A stretch of DNA of 64,000 nucleotides, taken from an uncultured Chloroflexia bacterium (GTDB taxonomy: Bacteria > Chloroflexota > Limnocylindria > Limnocylindrales > CSP1-4). The notes under the pieces were generated by a model. That model saw nothing but the letters and a program-made list of their open reading frames with translations. It searched no databases and was not told the DNA's origin. The stretch is taken from NCBI GenBank assembly GCA_963779575.1, contig CAVZYT010000002.1:213191-277190 (forward strand), written 5' to 3'. The position numbers were made by a program, and so were the translations under genes. Below are positions 8,201 through 22,662 of the stretch, piece after piece. Positions within the stretch are counted from its first letter, which is position 1; every line of letters begins with the position of its first letter.

Positions 8201-11200
8201 TTACGGCCCGACGATCCGCCCGTCGACCACGTTGGCCACCGGCGAGTGCGCGGTGACGTAGTCGATCGCGACCTGGAGCAGGTCGTCGCCCGGCTGCAGG
8301 ACGTTGGTGCCCTGCGCGAAGACGGTGTAGCCGTCGCCGCCGGTGTACATGAAGTCGTTGGTGACGAAGCGGACGGTGTCCGTCGGGCCGAGCGGCGTCA
8401 GCGGGCCGGATGGTCCGTCGGGCGCCTTCCAGATCCCGTCGATGACGGCGGCAGCCGGCGCCGTTGCAGTGGAAGTGGACCTTGAGGCCGGAGATCTGCG
8501 GGAAGCGGCCGGTGTTGATCGCCGGGTTGCAGACGGCCGAGAAGCCGTTCTCGAACGCGGTCTGTCAGCTGGGCGCCGGTCAGCGTCTCGATCACCGTCC
8601 GGTTGCCGAACGGCAGGACCGTGAACATCTCGCCCCAGGTGATCTCGCCGGGCTGCTCGCCGGCCGACGGCGGCGGCGTGACGACGAGGTCGGCGCGGAG
8701 GCCGCCCGAGTTGGTGTAGCGCGGCCTCGACCCCGCCCGGGTACTTCTCGCGCATCGCGTCCGCGACCATGTCGCCCATCGCGCGATTCGGTGCGCCGGG
8801 TCGGGGTCGCGCTTGATGTCGATCGGACTGGGTGCCGATGACCTTGTTGCGCAGGACGGCGGTCTTGGCATTGGCGTCGTCGACGATCGCCTTGACGTCG
8901 GCGCGCGGGGCGACGCCGATGTCCTTGGCGACGCGGGTCGCGCCGCCGGCCCAGTCGACGTCGCCGCCCTCGACCATCAGCTGGAGCACCGAGTAGGTCG
9001 CGCCCGCGTTGATGCCCTCGGTGACCAGGATGTCGCCGACCATCAGGTTGGACACCCGGTGGGTGTGGCCGACGATCATCGCGTCGACGGTGGTGTCCTG
9101 GAGCTGGTCGGCGATCGCGAGGATCGGGCCGTCCCAGGGCACGCCGCGGCGTTGCCGTCGATCGGGTTGCGTGCCGTTCGCCGTGCCCTGGTGGATCACC
9201 ACGATCTGGACGTTGACGCCCTGCGCCTTGCAGGCGCTGGGACTCGGCCTTGATCCGCGGCGCCTCGTCGAGGAACGTCAGCCCGGCGGTGGCGCCGGCC
9301 GAGACGAGGTCCGGCGTGGTCTCCAGCTCGGCGCCGATGACGCCGACCTTGACGCCGTTGACCGTGAACACCTTCGACGGCTGTCACCCAGTCCGGTGCC
9401 TGGCCGGTGGCCGTCGTCGACGATGTTGGTGGCCAGGAACGGGAAGTCGGCTCGCGCCTGTTGCGTCTGGAGCCGGTCGACGCCGTAGTCGAACTCGTGG
9501 TTGCCGTAGCGACGTCGCGTCCAGGCCCCAGGCGTTCTCGACGTCGATGGTCGGCATGTCCTCGAGCAGGCGCCGAGTTCGGCGGCGAGGCGCCGACGTT
9601 GTCGCCGCCGGCGAGCAGCAGGCCCGGCCCGGGCAGGTTCGCGAGCTCCTCGTCGAACATCGTCGCCGAGCTGCGCCGGCGCCGCCGACGCGGACGTTGA
9701 TGCCTGTCGATCGCCGATCGTCGTCGGGTCGAGCTGGCCGTGGAAGTCGTTGAGGCCGATGATGGAGATCGGCTTGTAGCCGCGGCTGCCCTTCAGGATC
9801 ACGGTCAGCAGCACCGGCCCTGGCTCTGCTGCGGCTCGGGGATGTCGAGGATGTAGGCGAGCGGTCGGCGCGAGGTCGATGGTCCGGGCCGTCGACCGTG
9901 CCCGCGGCGATGCCCGTGGCCGCCGGCGAGGAACGTCGCCCGCATGTTGATGTTGCTCGGCCAGGTCCTGGACGTCGGGCACGTAGCCGTGCTGGCCGAA
10001 GAAGTGCGGACGGCGCGATCAGCGTGCCGGGCGTCGCGGCGTCGAACTGGTACGGCGGGTAGGCGAAGACGACGAGGTCGCCGGTGCGGGTCGGGTGCGC
10101 CATGTCGGCGGTGCGAGCCGGGCCCGTTCGGGATGTAGCGGGCCTCGGCCTTGGTGAAGGCGCGGTCGATGACCTTCCAGCCCTCGGGCGTTGCCGTCGT
10201 GCGGTCCAGTCGTTGGGGTCGACGAGGCCAGGAAGGCGGCCTTGATCTGCGGCGACGGTCGCGTCGACGTCGGCCGCCGGCGACCTGCTTGAAGGCCGTC
10301 GCCGGCGCGGGTCGCGGTCCGGCCCGACGTTGAGGTAGATCTGCACGGCGCCGCCGGCCCAGCAGGCCTTGGCCTTGCCGATGGTCTCGCCGATGGCCGG
10401 GCGGCAGTTCGAGGTCTGCGGCTTCGACAGCAGGCCGAGATCGACGAGCGACCTTGCTGGCGTCGATGGCCAGGAACTGCGGCGCGAAGCCGTGGTCGGA
10501 CGACGACGAAGGTCATCGGGTCGTCGCCCGATCAGGCTGCGCGCGAGCGCGCAGCGTCTCGTCGGCGCCCTCGTAGGCGCGCGCGGATGAACGCCTCGCG
10601 CTGCGCGACGCGGCCGTCCGTGATGCCGTCGAGGTCGACGTCGTCGTAGGCCGGGTTGGCGGCGCCGTTCGGGCAGGGTCTGGCGACACGAGGCCCAGGA
10701 ACTGGTGCTGGAACTCGTCGGTCGTCGGGATAGCCGGCGAGGAGCAGGTCCGGGTGGTAGGTGTCGCATCGACGTACTTGAGCATCGGCTGGTGGCCGGT
10801 CGCCCAGTACAGGCCCTGCTCGACGTAGGTCTCCTCGCTCGCGATGCCCGGACTCGAGGATCGCGAAGTCGGCGGCGGTCGAGGTCGGGAACGTCTGCGC
10901 GAGGTACTCCGCGAAGTCGCCGGTGAAGCCGGGCTCGCCGGGCCAGGTCGGCCAGGTCGCGATCGCCCGGCTGACCGACGTGTGGAACAGGCGGACCTGC
11001 GGACAGGTCGGGCGTCGAGCTCCTCGACCTTGACGAGCATGCCGGCGGTCTTGCCGTCGAGCGCGCCGCCCGAGATCTTGACCTTGACGTCGGCCAACTC
11101 GCCCTTGCGCAGGGTGCGCGACGCGCGTCGGCCGCGTTCTTGGTGCGGCGAGAACAGCACCCGGTCGTAGTTGACGGCTGCCGTCGTTGGTGCTGTCGAA

Positions 11201-11978
11201 GATGTAGGCGTTGAGGCCGTACTTGTCGACGCCGACGTCGAGCACGCGCAGGCGCATCTCCTTGGCCGGGCTGTACGAGCGCGGGACGTTCGGTCCAGCC
11301 GGTCGCGTCGGTCGGGGCCGCGTCCGGGAACGGAGCCTGGCCCGCGAAGCCCGCCGGGGTGGTCGAACTGGAGGCCGAAGCGCGGCGATGAACGCCGCGT
11401 CGTCGATCGGTCGGCCGAGGTGATAGTTCGTCGCCACGCCGCGGCCGGAGAAGAACGTCTGGAAGTCGATCGTCGGGCCGTTGATCGTGGCGTTGCGCGC
11501 CGCCGGCCCACTCGACCTGGGCGACCTTCAGGCCGCCGCGCTCGGCGCTCTGGGCGATCGACTCGGCCTGCAGGACGCTCGGGTCGAACGCGGCCGTCCG
11601 GTTGGCGAACGGCTGGCCGTTGATGTGGAACGTGTTGTTGGTCGAACCGGTCACGCCCGGCCAGGCGCCGGTCGCGAGGCTGTACCAGCCGGCGCCGGTG
11701 TTCGGCGGCGCCTCGGTCAGCAGGCCGTTGCCGGCGGCCTACGTGCCCGTTCCTGAGGAACGAGCCCATCGTGGGCATCAGGCGCCCTGCGCGGCGTAGC
11801 GCGCGACGAGGTCCTGGCGCATGCCGTCGGCGGCGAAGAACACCGCGTTGTCGTTGTGCCGTCTGTCGTCGTTCTCGTCGTGGTGACGATGGGCCGCCAC
11901 CGGGCCTGCCAACGTCGAGGCGAGGACCCCGACAGCAGCGAGGACGATGGCTGAGCGCCGAATCAGGGAACGGGTCAC
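8201..11978 (-). pseudogene. secreted alkaline-phosphatase-family phosphodiesterase fused to a metallophosphoesterase/5'-nucleotidase; at least 8 frame changes as sequenced
   Basis: One protein is spread over ORF fragments 11778..12287, 10513..11991, 10532..11437, 9384..11654, 9278..9982, 9196..9660, 8592..9371, 8398..8871 and 8201..9202.
- Start: RBS GGAGG plus GTG at 11978.
- Signal peptide: RRSAIVLAAVGVLASTLAGPVAA.
- AlkP/NPP-like pieces: AVFFAADGMRQDLV, MPTMGSFLRNG, TGSTNNTFHINGQPFANRTAAFDPSVLQAESIAQ, GIASEETYVEQGLYWATGHQPMLKYVDA.
- Calcineurin-like pieces: LLAGGDNVGASPPNSA, GNHEFDYGVDRLQ, MIVGHTHRVSNLMVGDILVTEGINAG.
- 5'-nucleotidase C-terminal pieces: TWGEMFTVLPFGNRTVIE, VTNDFMYTGGDGYTVFAQG. 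Confidence 0.7.
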
Positions 11979-12205
11979 TGGACACCTCCATGCCGAACGG
12001 GGCACACGCGGCGAGGGGCGAGCGCCGGCGGGACCGACCCTCACCAGCGACCGTACCCGATGGTGCTGGACCGACGATAACCGATCGTCAACGGTCCGTG
12101 AAGGCCAAGTTGCCATCTCGGTGCGCGCACGCACCGGACCAAGTGCGTTGGATGAGGCAAGTGGCCACGGCAGGATGGTGCACATGATCGCATCCGAACT
12201 CGTCG

Positions 12206-13849
12206 GTGGCCGAGCGACTCGCTCGCCTCGCTCCCGACCAGCGGGCCGCCGCGACGGCACCGCCGGGCCCGGTCCTGTGCGTCGCACCGGCCGGCAGCGG
12301 CAAGACGACGACGCTGGTCGCGCGGGTCGCCTGGCTGGTCGACGGCGGTGCCGACCCGGCGTCCGTGTGCATCGTCGCCTTCAACAAGCGCGCGGCGGAG
12401 GAGCTGACGGCGAGGCTGGACGCGGCGCTGGCGCCGCTCGGGCTGCCCGCTGGGTCCGTTCGGGTGCGCACGTTCCATGCGCTCGGCCGCGAGATGCTCG
12501 CCGAGGCGGGCGTGTCCGTCGACCCGCTGATCGATCGGGACGGGCTGTTGCGGGAGCTGTTCCCGGAGCTTGACGCGACCGGACGCGGCAGGCTCGATCT
12601 CGCCTTCTCGCGCCTGAAGCTGGACCTGCGCGTGTCAGCCGATGACGTCGCGCGTGATCCCGAGCCGGGCCCGGTCGCCCGTGCCTTCGTCGCCTACGAG
12701 CGCGCCGTCGCGGACGCCGGCGGCGTCGATTTCGATGATCTCGTGGTGCGGGCGCTGGCCCTGCTGGGCTCCGAGGAGCGCGAGCTCCGCCGGTGGCGCG
12801 ACCGGTGCGCCAACCTCCTCGTCGACGAGGCGCAGGACCTCGACCGGACGCAGCTCGAGCTCGCGCTCCTGCTCGCCGCCCCCGCCAACAACGTCTTCCT
12901 GGTGGGCGACGATGACCAGACGATCTACGGCTGGCGCCTGGCCGATGTGCGGCGGGTCCTGGGCCTGGCCGCGTCGCTCCCGGGCCTGCGGCGGGTCGAC
13001 CTCGAGACCAACTACCGCTGTCCCCGGCCCGTGGTGGAGCGTGCCGTGCGCCTCGTCGAGCACAACCAGGAGCGGTTCGCGAAACGCATCCTCGCCGGCC
13101 CGGCCGCCGCCGGCCGACTCGTGCTGGCGCCGGACTCCGCCGACGACCTCGTTCGCACGGTCCGCGCCATGCGAACGTGGCCGGCCGACGACTCGACGCG
13201 CGCGGTCCTCGCGCGGACCAACCGGGAGCTGCTCACCGCCGTCGTGGCGGCGGTCGAGCTGCGACTCCCCTTCCGCGCGCCGGACCTCGCGTTGCCCATC
13301 GAGGACGAACGGCTGGACGCGCTGCTGGAGCGGGCCGCCGCGCTCGATGCGGGAGCCGGTTCGCCGCTCCTCGCCCTCGGCCGACTGCGCTCGGTGCTGC
13401 TCGAGGAGGCCGCGGCGGATCCCTACCCGGACGTGGCAGCGGCCGATGGTCCGACGCCGCCGGACCTCGTCACGGCGATGATCGGCTGGGCCGCTCCCCT
13501 CCCCTCGATGCCGGGGCTCCGCGCGGCGATCGACGAACGGCGCCGGCTGCTCGCCGAGCTCCGGCGTGACGATGCCGCGCTGTCGCTCGCGACCGCGCAC
13601 GGCACCAAGGGCCTCGAGTGGGACCACGTCGTGGTGCTGGCGGACGGATTCCCCGGGCGCCGGTCGATCGCCGACGCCGCCGAGCCGGAGCGGGCGCTCG
13701 AGGAGGAGCGGCGGCTGGCGTATGTCGCCTGGACCCGCGCCCGCCGATCGCTCACGCTGCTGTTCGATCCCCAGGCGCCGTCGCGCTTCCTGCTCGAGGC
13801 GTTCACGCCCGCGGAGCTGGGTCTGGGCACGGCTTCGGCCGCCGCGTAG
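12206..13849 (+). CDS. UvrD/REP-family ATP-dependent DNA helicase (short form, 547 aa)
   Basis: Walker A in CVAPAGSGKTTTLV, LLVDEAQDL (motif II), FLVGDDDQTIYGWR, NYRCPRPV, and C-terminal ATAHGTKGLEWDHVVV and LAYVAWTRARRSL. GTG start. Confidence 0.85.
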   Translation: MAERLARLAPDQRAAATAPPGPVLCVAPAGSGKTTTLVARVAWLVDGGADPASVCIVAFNKRAAEELTARLDAALAPLGLPAGSVRVRTFHALGREMLAEAGVSVDPLIDRDGLLRELFPELDATGRGRLDLAFSRLKLDLRVSADDVARDPEPGPVARAFVAYERAVADAGGVDFDDLVVRALALLGSEERELRRWRDRCANLLVDEAQDLDRTQLELALLLAAPANNVFLVGDDDQTIYGWRLADVRRVLGLAASLPGLRRVDLETNYRCPRPVVERAVRLVEHNQERFAKRILAGPAAAGRLVLAPDSADDLVRTVRAMRTWPADDSTRAVLARTNRELLTAVVAAVELRLPFRAPDLALPIEDERLDALLERAAALDAGAGSPLLALGRLRSVLLEEAAADPYPDVAAADGPTPPDLVTAMIGWAAPLPSMPGLRAAIDERRRLLAELRRDDAALSLATAHGTKGLEWDHVVVLADGFPGRRSIADAAEPERALEEERRLAYVAWTRARRSLTLLFDPQAPSRFLLEAFTPAELGLGTASAAA

Positions 13850-13898
13850 ACTCGCCCTCGTTCGCCCGCCGTTGACCTGCCAACCCTGCTGGAGACAT

Positions 13899-14477
13899 AT
13901 GCCCACGCTGCGCGACGGGACCGTCCCGATGATCGCCCACGGCTCGGTCTACCTCCGGGCCGCCGAGCGCGCCGACATCCCGCTGTTCGTGGCCTGGTTC
14001 AACGACTACGCGACCTCGCGCACCCTGTCGATCCGCGCCCCCATGTCGACGGCCGCCGAGGAGCAGTGGTTCGATCACGCCGTCGCCGACCAGGGCAAGG
14101 GCGGGTACCACTTCGTCGCCTGCCTGATCGAGGACGACCGGCCGATCGGGACCATCGGGTTCTTCGACCTCGACCACGTCAACGGCAGCGCCGCGCTCGG
14201 GCTCTCGATCGGCGCCGCCGCGGACCGGGGCAAGGGCCATGGGACGGCGATGCTCGAGGCGCTCCTGCGGTTCGGGTTCACGAGCCTCCGCCTCGAGCGG
14301 ATCGAGCTCGACTGCTACGACTACAACGAGGATGCGCACCGCCTGTACCAGCGGGTCGGGTTCGTCGATGAGGGCGTCGCGCGCCACCGCGTGTTCCGGG
14401 AGGGCCGGCACGTCGACCTGTTCAAGATGTCGATGCTCGCCGGCGAGTGGCGGGCGACCCGCGAGCCCGGCGGCTAG
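13899..14477 (+). CDS. GNAT-family N-acetyltransferase (RimJ/RimL-like)
   Basis: ORF 13566..14477 trimmed to ATG 13899. Sequence reads YLRAAERADIPLFVAWFNDYATSR..., RGKGHGTAMLEALLRFGF and NEDAHRLYQRVGFVDEG, the acetyl-CoA binding region. Confidence 0.85.
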   Translation: MPTLRDGTVPMIAHGSVYLRAAERADIPLFVAWFNDYATSRTLSIRAPMSTAAEEQWFDHAVADQGKGGYHFVACLIEDDRPIGTIGFFDLDHVNGSAALGLSIGAAADRGKGHGTAMLEALLRFGFTSLRLERIELDCYDYNEDAHRLYQRVGFVDEGVARHRVFREGRHVDLFKMSMLAGEWRATREPGG

Positions 14478-14821
14478 CCGCCGACGTCGCGCTTCGCGAG
14501 CGCCTTGAGCAGGCGGTCGATCGCGTCGAGGAACGGCTCGGTGACATCCTCCGCAACCACGTCACGAACCGAGTCCTTGGGCCCGTACGCCGCGCGCGCC
14601 CGGAGGCCGGTCCGGCGCAGATCGCCGATGTCGTCGTCACGCAGCCGATCCGGAAGCGGCTCGAAATAGGCCAGCCAGCGGGTCGCCCCGGCGGCCCGTA
14701 CTGCCGCGACCAGGCGGTCACAGGCGCGGGCGGCGACGAGGGCAGCCTCGTCGATGGTCGGATGCAGGTGGCGGGCGTTGCCAGGGTTGGCGGCGGCGCG
14801 GCCCTCCCGGGCGGTCGTCAC
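14474..14821 (-). CDS. hypothetical protein (115 aa)
   Basis: ORF with a GTG start that overlaps the stop of the upstream gene (GTGA). I recognise no domain. Composition is protein-like rather than shadow-ORF-like. Confidence 0.5.
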   Translation of the reverse strand: MTTAREGRAAANPGNARHLHPTIDEAALVAARACDRLVAAVRAAGATRWLAYFEPLPDRLRDDDIGDLRRTGLRARAAYGPKDSVRDVVAEDVTEPFLDAIDRLLKALAKRDVGG

Positions 14822-15255
14822 AGGTCCGAGAGGGACGCGCTCGCGACGCCGGACTCCGCCGGCCGGACGAGGACCAGCGCCAGGCGCTTGCGCTCCGAGC
14901 CGTTGACGAGGATCCGGAACGAGTAGTCGCCGGGCGAGGGAAACGTCAGGTTCCAGAGGTCGATGGAGAAGGTCAGGATCGCGTCGCGCCCGTCGGGGTG
15001 GCCGCGAGCCTGGAGGCTGCCGGTGGCGCCCGTCACCTCGTGGCCGTCGGGGTCCAGCAGGACGATCCGCAGCTCGTGCTCCCGGTCCGTCTCGGGCGCG
15101 GTGACCAGCAGCCCGACGACGAGCGCGACGTGCGGATGGCGGAGCGGAAACGTCCGGCCGCCGATGCGCGTGATGCCGCCGCCGAGGACGTGGAACTTCT
15201 GTCCGGGCTGGGTCTCCGCCGCATCGGCGAGGAAGGCGTAGTCGATCTCCGGCAT
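14818..15255 (-). CDS. conserved hypothetical protein (145 aa)
   Basis: MPEIDYAFLADAAETQPGQKFHVLGGGITRIGGRTFPLRHPHVALVVGLL... This resembles a widespread actinobacterial family of unknown function, but I cannot name the family with certainty. Confidence 0.6.
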   Translation of the reverse strand: MPEIDYAFLADAAETQPGQKFHVLGGGITRIGGRTFPLRHPHVALVVGLLVTAPETDREHELRIVLLDPDGHEVTGATGSLQARGHPDGRDAILTFSIDLWNLTFPSPGDYSFRILVNGSERKRLALVLVRPAESGVASASLSDL

Positions 15256-15319
15256 GGGGCCATCCTAGTTGGTGTCGGGGGCCGTGGCGACGGGATCGCG
15301 GTGCGCGAGGCGGGCGTCG

Positions 15320-18394
<3,075 letters not shown>

Positions 18395-18422
18395 ACCCCC
18401 AGTCTACCGGATTGGTGCGAAA

Positions 18423-18436
18423 TGGAACAGGTGTTC
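18423..18436 (-). promoter_or_regulatory. LexA/SOS (Cheo-type) box upstream of uvrA
   Basis: GGAACAGGTGTTCG contains GAAC-N4-GTTC, 29 nt upstream of the uvrA start. It is nearly identical to the box in front of uvrB. Confidence 0.6.
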
Positions 18437-18515
18437 GTGTTGCAGAGAGGCCCCGAACATCCGTCTCGCGACGATGCCCGGGGCCGTGCCTTGCCCTAGG
18501 AGACCCGGCGCAGGG

Positions 18516-19076
18516 TCACTCGCAGATCTTCCAGGCCCCGCCTTCCTTGACGAGCGTCATGGTCTCGTTCGTCGGGATGTCCTGGCCCGCGAACCCGCCG
18601 ACCACGCCCATCATCGCCTCGATCGCCGCGTCGTCCGCGGGCAGGCTCGCTGCCTCGAGCTGGGCCTTCACGATCGGCTTCATCTTGGCCGCATCGACGC
18701 TCATCTTCATCGATCCGGTGATCGGCACGGTCGCGTTGTCACCGGTGATGGTCGGCTGACCGACGACGACCTTCGAGGTGTCGATCGTCATGGCGTCGAG
18801 GACCTGCTGGCTGTCGACCCCGGTCCCCGCCAGGGACGATCCGAAGTCGAACGACTTGAGGACCTCGTCCTTCTTGGCGGCGCACGCGAGATCGCCGATC
18901 TTCGCGAGGTCCTTGGACTGGACGACGGCCAGGGCTTCCTTGACGACGGACGCGGGGTCACCGCCACCGCCTCCGAGCGGGCTCGATCCGCCGCAGGCAG
19001 CGACGGCGAGCGCAACGAGGGCCAACGACGACAGGAGCCGCGCGACGGCTCGGCGGGAGAGGGGCATGCGTTCCAT
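18516..19076 (-). CDS. putative lipoprotein
   Basis: Signal peptide with lipobox LAVAAC (MERMPLSRRAVARLLSSLALVALAVAACGGSS). The mature part has no motif I recognise. Confidence 0.7.
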   Translation of the reverse strand: MERMPLSRRAVARLLSSLALVALAVAACGGSSPLGGGGGDPASVVKEALAVVQSKDLAKIGDLACAAKKDEVLKSFDFGSSLAGTGVDSQQVLDAMTIDTSKVVVGQPTITGDNATVPITGSMKMSVDAAKMKPIVKAQLEAASLPADDAAIEAMMGVVGGFAGQDIPTNETMTLVKEGGAWKICE

Positions 19077-19123
19077 GGCGCCAGCCTACGCCACGGGCAA
19101 CGGGTCCGCGACCCGATTTCGCG

Positions 19124-20264
19124 TCAGTGACGGCGGGCTCGGACCATCGCGCGCTGGTCGGGCACGAACCCGAGCTTGGCGTACCAGGCGTCCATGCCGG
19201 GCGCGGCCGACAGGGCGAAGCGCATGCCGTCCCGCCCGTCCATGAGTGCGTGCATCAGCCGCTCGCCGATCCCGAGACCCTGGTAGCGCGGGTGCACGAC
19301 GACCGTGGCAATGTGGGCGGCGACCGCTCCGTCCGTGAGGGACCGGGCGGTCCCCACGAGCCGGTCGCCGTCCCAGGCAGCGGCCATCTCCGGCGTCCCG
19401 GCGATCGCGCGCCCGAAGAGCTCGGGGTCCGCGGCCCGCGCGTCCCAGCCCACGGAGCGGAGCAGCCCCGACATGACGTCCGCCGCGGGCCGCCGGTCCA
19501 GCCTGACCTCGACGCGCTCCCGCGTGCCGTCGGCCAATGCAAGCCGGCGCTCGAGCTCCCAGAGGTGGTCGAACCCGTGGTACACGAGCCGCCGGACCGC
19601 CTTGGCGGGCGTCCACGTCTCGCCGCGCTCCGCCACGACCTCCCGTCCATGGTCCGAGGCTTCGAGCACCGCGAGCCTCCCGAGTGCCCACGCGTAGGCG
19701 GCTTCGAGCTCGTCCGCCGGCGTCGCGGTGTCCGCCGGGCCGGCGTAGGACGCGCCGCCGAGCTGCTCGACATACCAGGCGGCGGCGCCCGCGACGTGAC
19801 GCACCATCGCGGCCGCGGAGCGGTCGCCGTCTCCGCGTGCTGCCGGTCGGCGGCCCGTCCGGCTCCAGCCGGTCGACCTCGGCAGCCCGCAGGATGGTGT
19901 CCTCGCGCAGCCAGCCGAGGCGTCGTGACGCGGATTCCAGCTCGCCCGCGCCGACCGGCCGTCGATCATGGGGCAGCGTGGCGCCGCGCTCGGACCCATC
20001 CGGCTGCACGACCGTCGCGACCTCCCCGATGACCTCGACCCGGCCGAGTCCCGGCAGCCCCGCATCGTCGCCGTGTGCCTCGAGCCATTCGCGGGTGCGC
20101 GCCGTCGCGGTGAGGATCGCGGTGACGGCGCGCTCGGGGGTCATCGCCGCCGCGAACACGCCCGGCAGGGCCGGCAGCCAGGCGCCCAGCCCGCCATCTG
20201 CATAGCCGGTCTCGAGCCAGACCTCGAGGGGCGCGTACGCCGCCGACCCGGACGGTCCCGTCAC
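19124..20264 (-). pseudogene. DinB-like domain / GNAT acetyltransferase fusion protein, one frameshift as sequenced
   Basis: The N-terminal part is in ORF 19086..20264 (MTGPSGSAAYAPLEVWLETGY...) and continues in ORF 19124..20065 (AAMVRHVAGAAAWYVEQLGG..., HGFDHLWELERR, then GNAT HPRYQGLGIGERLMHAL). The junction near 19860 is restored by removing one G from a GGG run. Confidence 0.65.
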
Positions 20265-20389
20265 GGAACGATCAGTACCCGCGAGCTCGGCGCGAGGGGC
20301 GCCCGCCGGTCCGGCGGCGGATGTTCGGGGTCACGGTCCGGTCCCAGGTCGGCCGGTCGAGCCACCGCGCCTGCCAGCCGCCGTCGTCG

Positions 20390-22627
20390 TCATCGTGCTC
20401 GTCGCGGATGCCCGGGAACAGCTCTGCGGCGACGCCCGGTGGAGCCGTCCTCGTCGAGCGCGCTCGCCGGCTCCTCGCCCGAGGCGAGCACCGTGACCGA
20501 GGTGACCTCGAAGGCCTGCGCGCCGGCCGGCAACCCGGCACCGCCCGGGCGATGGGCCGCCGCGCGCTCCTTGGCCGGCAGCGCCGCGTCCCGCGCGGCA
20601 CGCTCGGCTGCGCGGGCGACGACGACCGACGCGTCCTCCTCGAGGACCCGCAGCCGGATCTGCTGGATCTCGTCGCGCAGGGCGGCGGCGCGCTCGAACT
20701 CGAGCTGCTTCGCGGCGGCCTTCATCTCGGCCTCCATCTGCGCCACGAGCCGCTCGACCTCGGCCTTGTCGGCATCGGCGAGCTGGCGCTCTCGACGCTC
20801 GGAGCTGTACATGACCGTGTTCTCGGCGACCGCGCGCAGCCGGTCGTTGATGTCGTGGATGCCCTTGATGATCGTCTGGGGCTCGATCCCATGGTCGACG
20901 TTGTGCTGCGTCTGGATCGCCCGCCGGCGGTCGGTCTCGTCGATCGCGATCCGCATCGACTCCGTGATCCGGTCCGCGTACATCACGACCTCGCCGCCCG
21001 TGTTGCGGGCCGCCCGGCCGATCATCTGGATCAGGGACCAGGCGCTTCGCAGGAACCCCTCCTTGTCGGCATCGAGGATGGCGACGAGCGTCACCTCCGG
21101 GAGGTCGAGGCCCTCGCGCAGGAGGTTGATGCCCACCAGCACGTCGTACACGCCGAGGCGCAGGTCGCGCAGGATCGCGACCCGCTCGAGGGTGTCGACC
21201 TCGCTGTGCAGGTACTGGACCTTGACGCCGAGCTCCTTGAGGTAGTCGGCCAGGTCCTCGGCCATCTTCTTGGTCAGCGTCGTGACGAGGGCCCGCTCGC
21301 CGCGATCGACACGCCCCCGGATCTCCTCCAGCAGGTCGTCGATCTGGCCTTCGGTCGGGCGCACGCTGATCGGCGGATCGACGATCCCGGTCGGGCGGAC
21401 CAGCTGCTCGACGACCCGTTCGCTCCGCTCGAGCTCGTACGGACCGGGCGTGGCCGACACGTACAGCGCCTGGTTCACGTGGACCTCGAACTCCTCGAAC
21501 GTCAGCGGCCGGTTGTCCAGCGCCGACGGCAGCCGGAAGCCGAAGTCGACGAGGATCTCCTTGCGGGTGCGGTCGTTCTTGTACATGCCGACGACCTGGG
21601 GGATCGTCATGTGCGACTCGTCGACGATCAGCAGCCAGTCCGGCGGGAAGTAGTCGAGCAGCGTCCACGGACGCGACCCCGGCTCGCGCTGGGACAGGTG
21701 CCGGGAGTAGTTCTCGACGCCCGTGCAGTAGCCGAGCTCGCGCAGCATCTCGACGTCGAACGTCGTCCGCTGGCGGAGCCGCGCGGCCTCGAGGACGCGG
21801 CCCTCGGCCTCCATCTGGCCGACCCGCTCCTCCATCTCGGCCTCGATGGACGCGATGGCGAGGTGGAGCTTGTCGCGCGGCGTCACGAAGTGGGTCGCCG
21901 GGTAGATGTTGAGCTCCTTGCGTTCGGCCAGCAGCTCGCCGGTGAGCGGGTCCAGCTCCGTGATGCGCTCGACCTCGTCGCCGAAGAACTCGACCCGGAC
22001 GATCTCCTCCGAGGACGCCGGCCCGATCTCGAGGGTGTCGCCGCGCACGCGGAAGCGCGCGCGCGTGAGCGCGGCGTCGTTGCGCTGGTACTGGAGGTCG
22101 ACGAGGTGCCGGAGCACCGCGTCCCGCCGGTACTGGCCGCCGACCTTGAGTCGCAGGATCGTGGCGCCGTAGTCGACCGGGGCGCCCAGGCCGTAGATGC
22201 ACGAGACCGAGGCGACGATGATCACGTCGCGCCGCTCGAACAGGGCGTGGGTCGCGGCATGCCGCAGGCGGTCGATCTCCTCGTTGCGCGAGGAGTCCTT
22301 CTCGATGTACGTGTCCGACCGGGGCAGGTAGGCCTCCGGCTGGTAGTAGTCGAAGTAGCTGACGAAGTACTCGACGGCGTTGTCCGGGAAGAACTCGCGG
22401 AACTCCGAGTACAGCTGGGCAGCCAGCGTCTTGTTGTGGGCGAGCACGAGGGTTGGCTTCTGGACCCGGTTGATGGTCTCCGCCATCACGAACGTCTTCC
22501 CGGTGCCGGTCGCTCCGAGCAACGTCTGGCCACGCAGGCCGCGCCCGAGTCCTTCGGTCAGCCGCTCGATCGCCTGCGGCTGGTCGCCGGTGGGCTGAAA
22601 CGGGGCGACGAGGCGGAAGTCAGGCAT
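20390..22627 (-). CDS. uvrB: excinuclease ABC subunit B
   Basis: ORF 20390..22840 trimmed to ATG 22627 ([20 protein letters not shown]). It has [17 protein letters not shown] and a UVR domain ([18 protein letters not shown]). The ~80-aa tail after the UVR domain may be frame-shifted; alternate frame 20272..20601 ends in a basic RRTGGRPSRRARGY tail. Confidence 0.93.
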   Translation of the reverse strand: MPDFRLVAPFQPTGDQPQAIERLTEGLGRGLRGQTLLGATGTGKTFVMAETINRVQKPTLVLAHNKTLAAQLYSEFREFFPDNAVEYFVSYFDYYQPEAYLPRSDTYIEKDSSRNEEIDRLRHAATHALFERRDVIIVASVSCIYGLGAPVDYGATILRLKVGGQYRRDAVLRHLVDLQYQRNDAALTRARFRVRGDTLEIGPASSEEIVRVEFFGDEVERITELDPLTGELLAERKELNIYPATHFVTPRDKLHLAIASIEAEMEERVGQMEAEGRVLEAARLRQRTTFDVEMLRELGYCTGVENYSRHLSQREPGSRPWTLLDYFPPDWLLIVDESHMTIPQVVGMYKNDRTRKEILVDFGFRLPSALDNRPLTFEEFEVHVNQALYVSATPGPYELERSERVVEQLVRPTGIVDPPISVRPTEGQIDDLLEEIRGRVDRGERALVTTLTKKMAEDLADYLKELGVKVQYLHSEVDTLERVAILRDLRLGVYDVLVGINLLREGLDLPEVTLVAILDADKEGFLRSAWSLIQMIGRAARNTGGEVVMYADRITESMRIAIDETDRRRAIQTQHNVDHGIEPQTIIKGIHDINDRLRAVAENTVMYSSERRERQLADADKAEVERLVAQMEAEMKAAAKQLEFERAAALRDEIQQIRLRVLEEDASVVVARAAERAARDAALPAKERAAAHRPGGAGLPAGAQAFEVTSVTVLASGEEPASALDEDGSTGRRRRAVPGHPRRAR

Positions 22628-22662
22628 GGCGCCAAAACGATACACCGGCGGGGTCACGCCGG

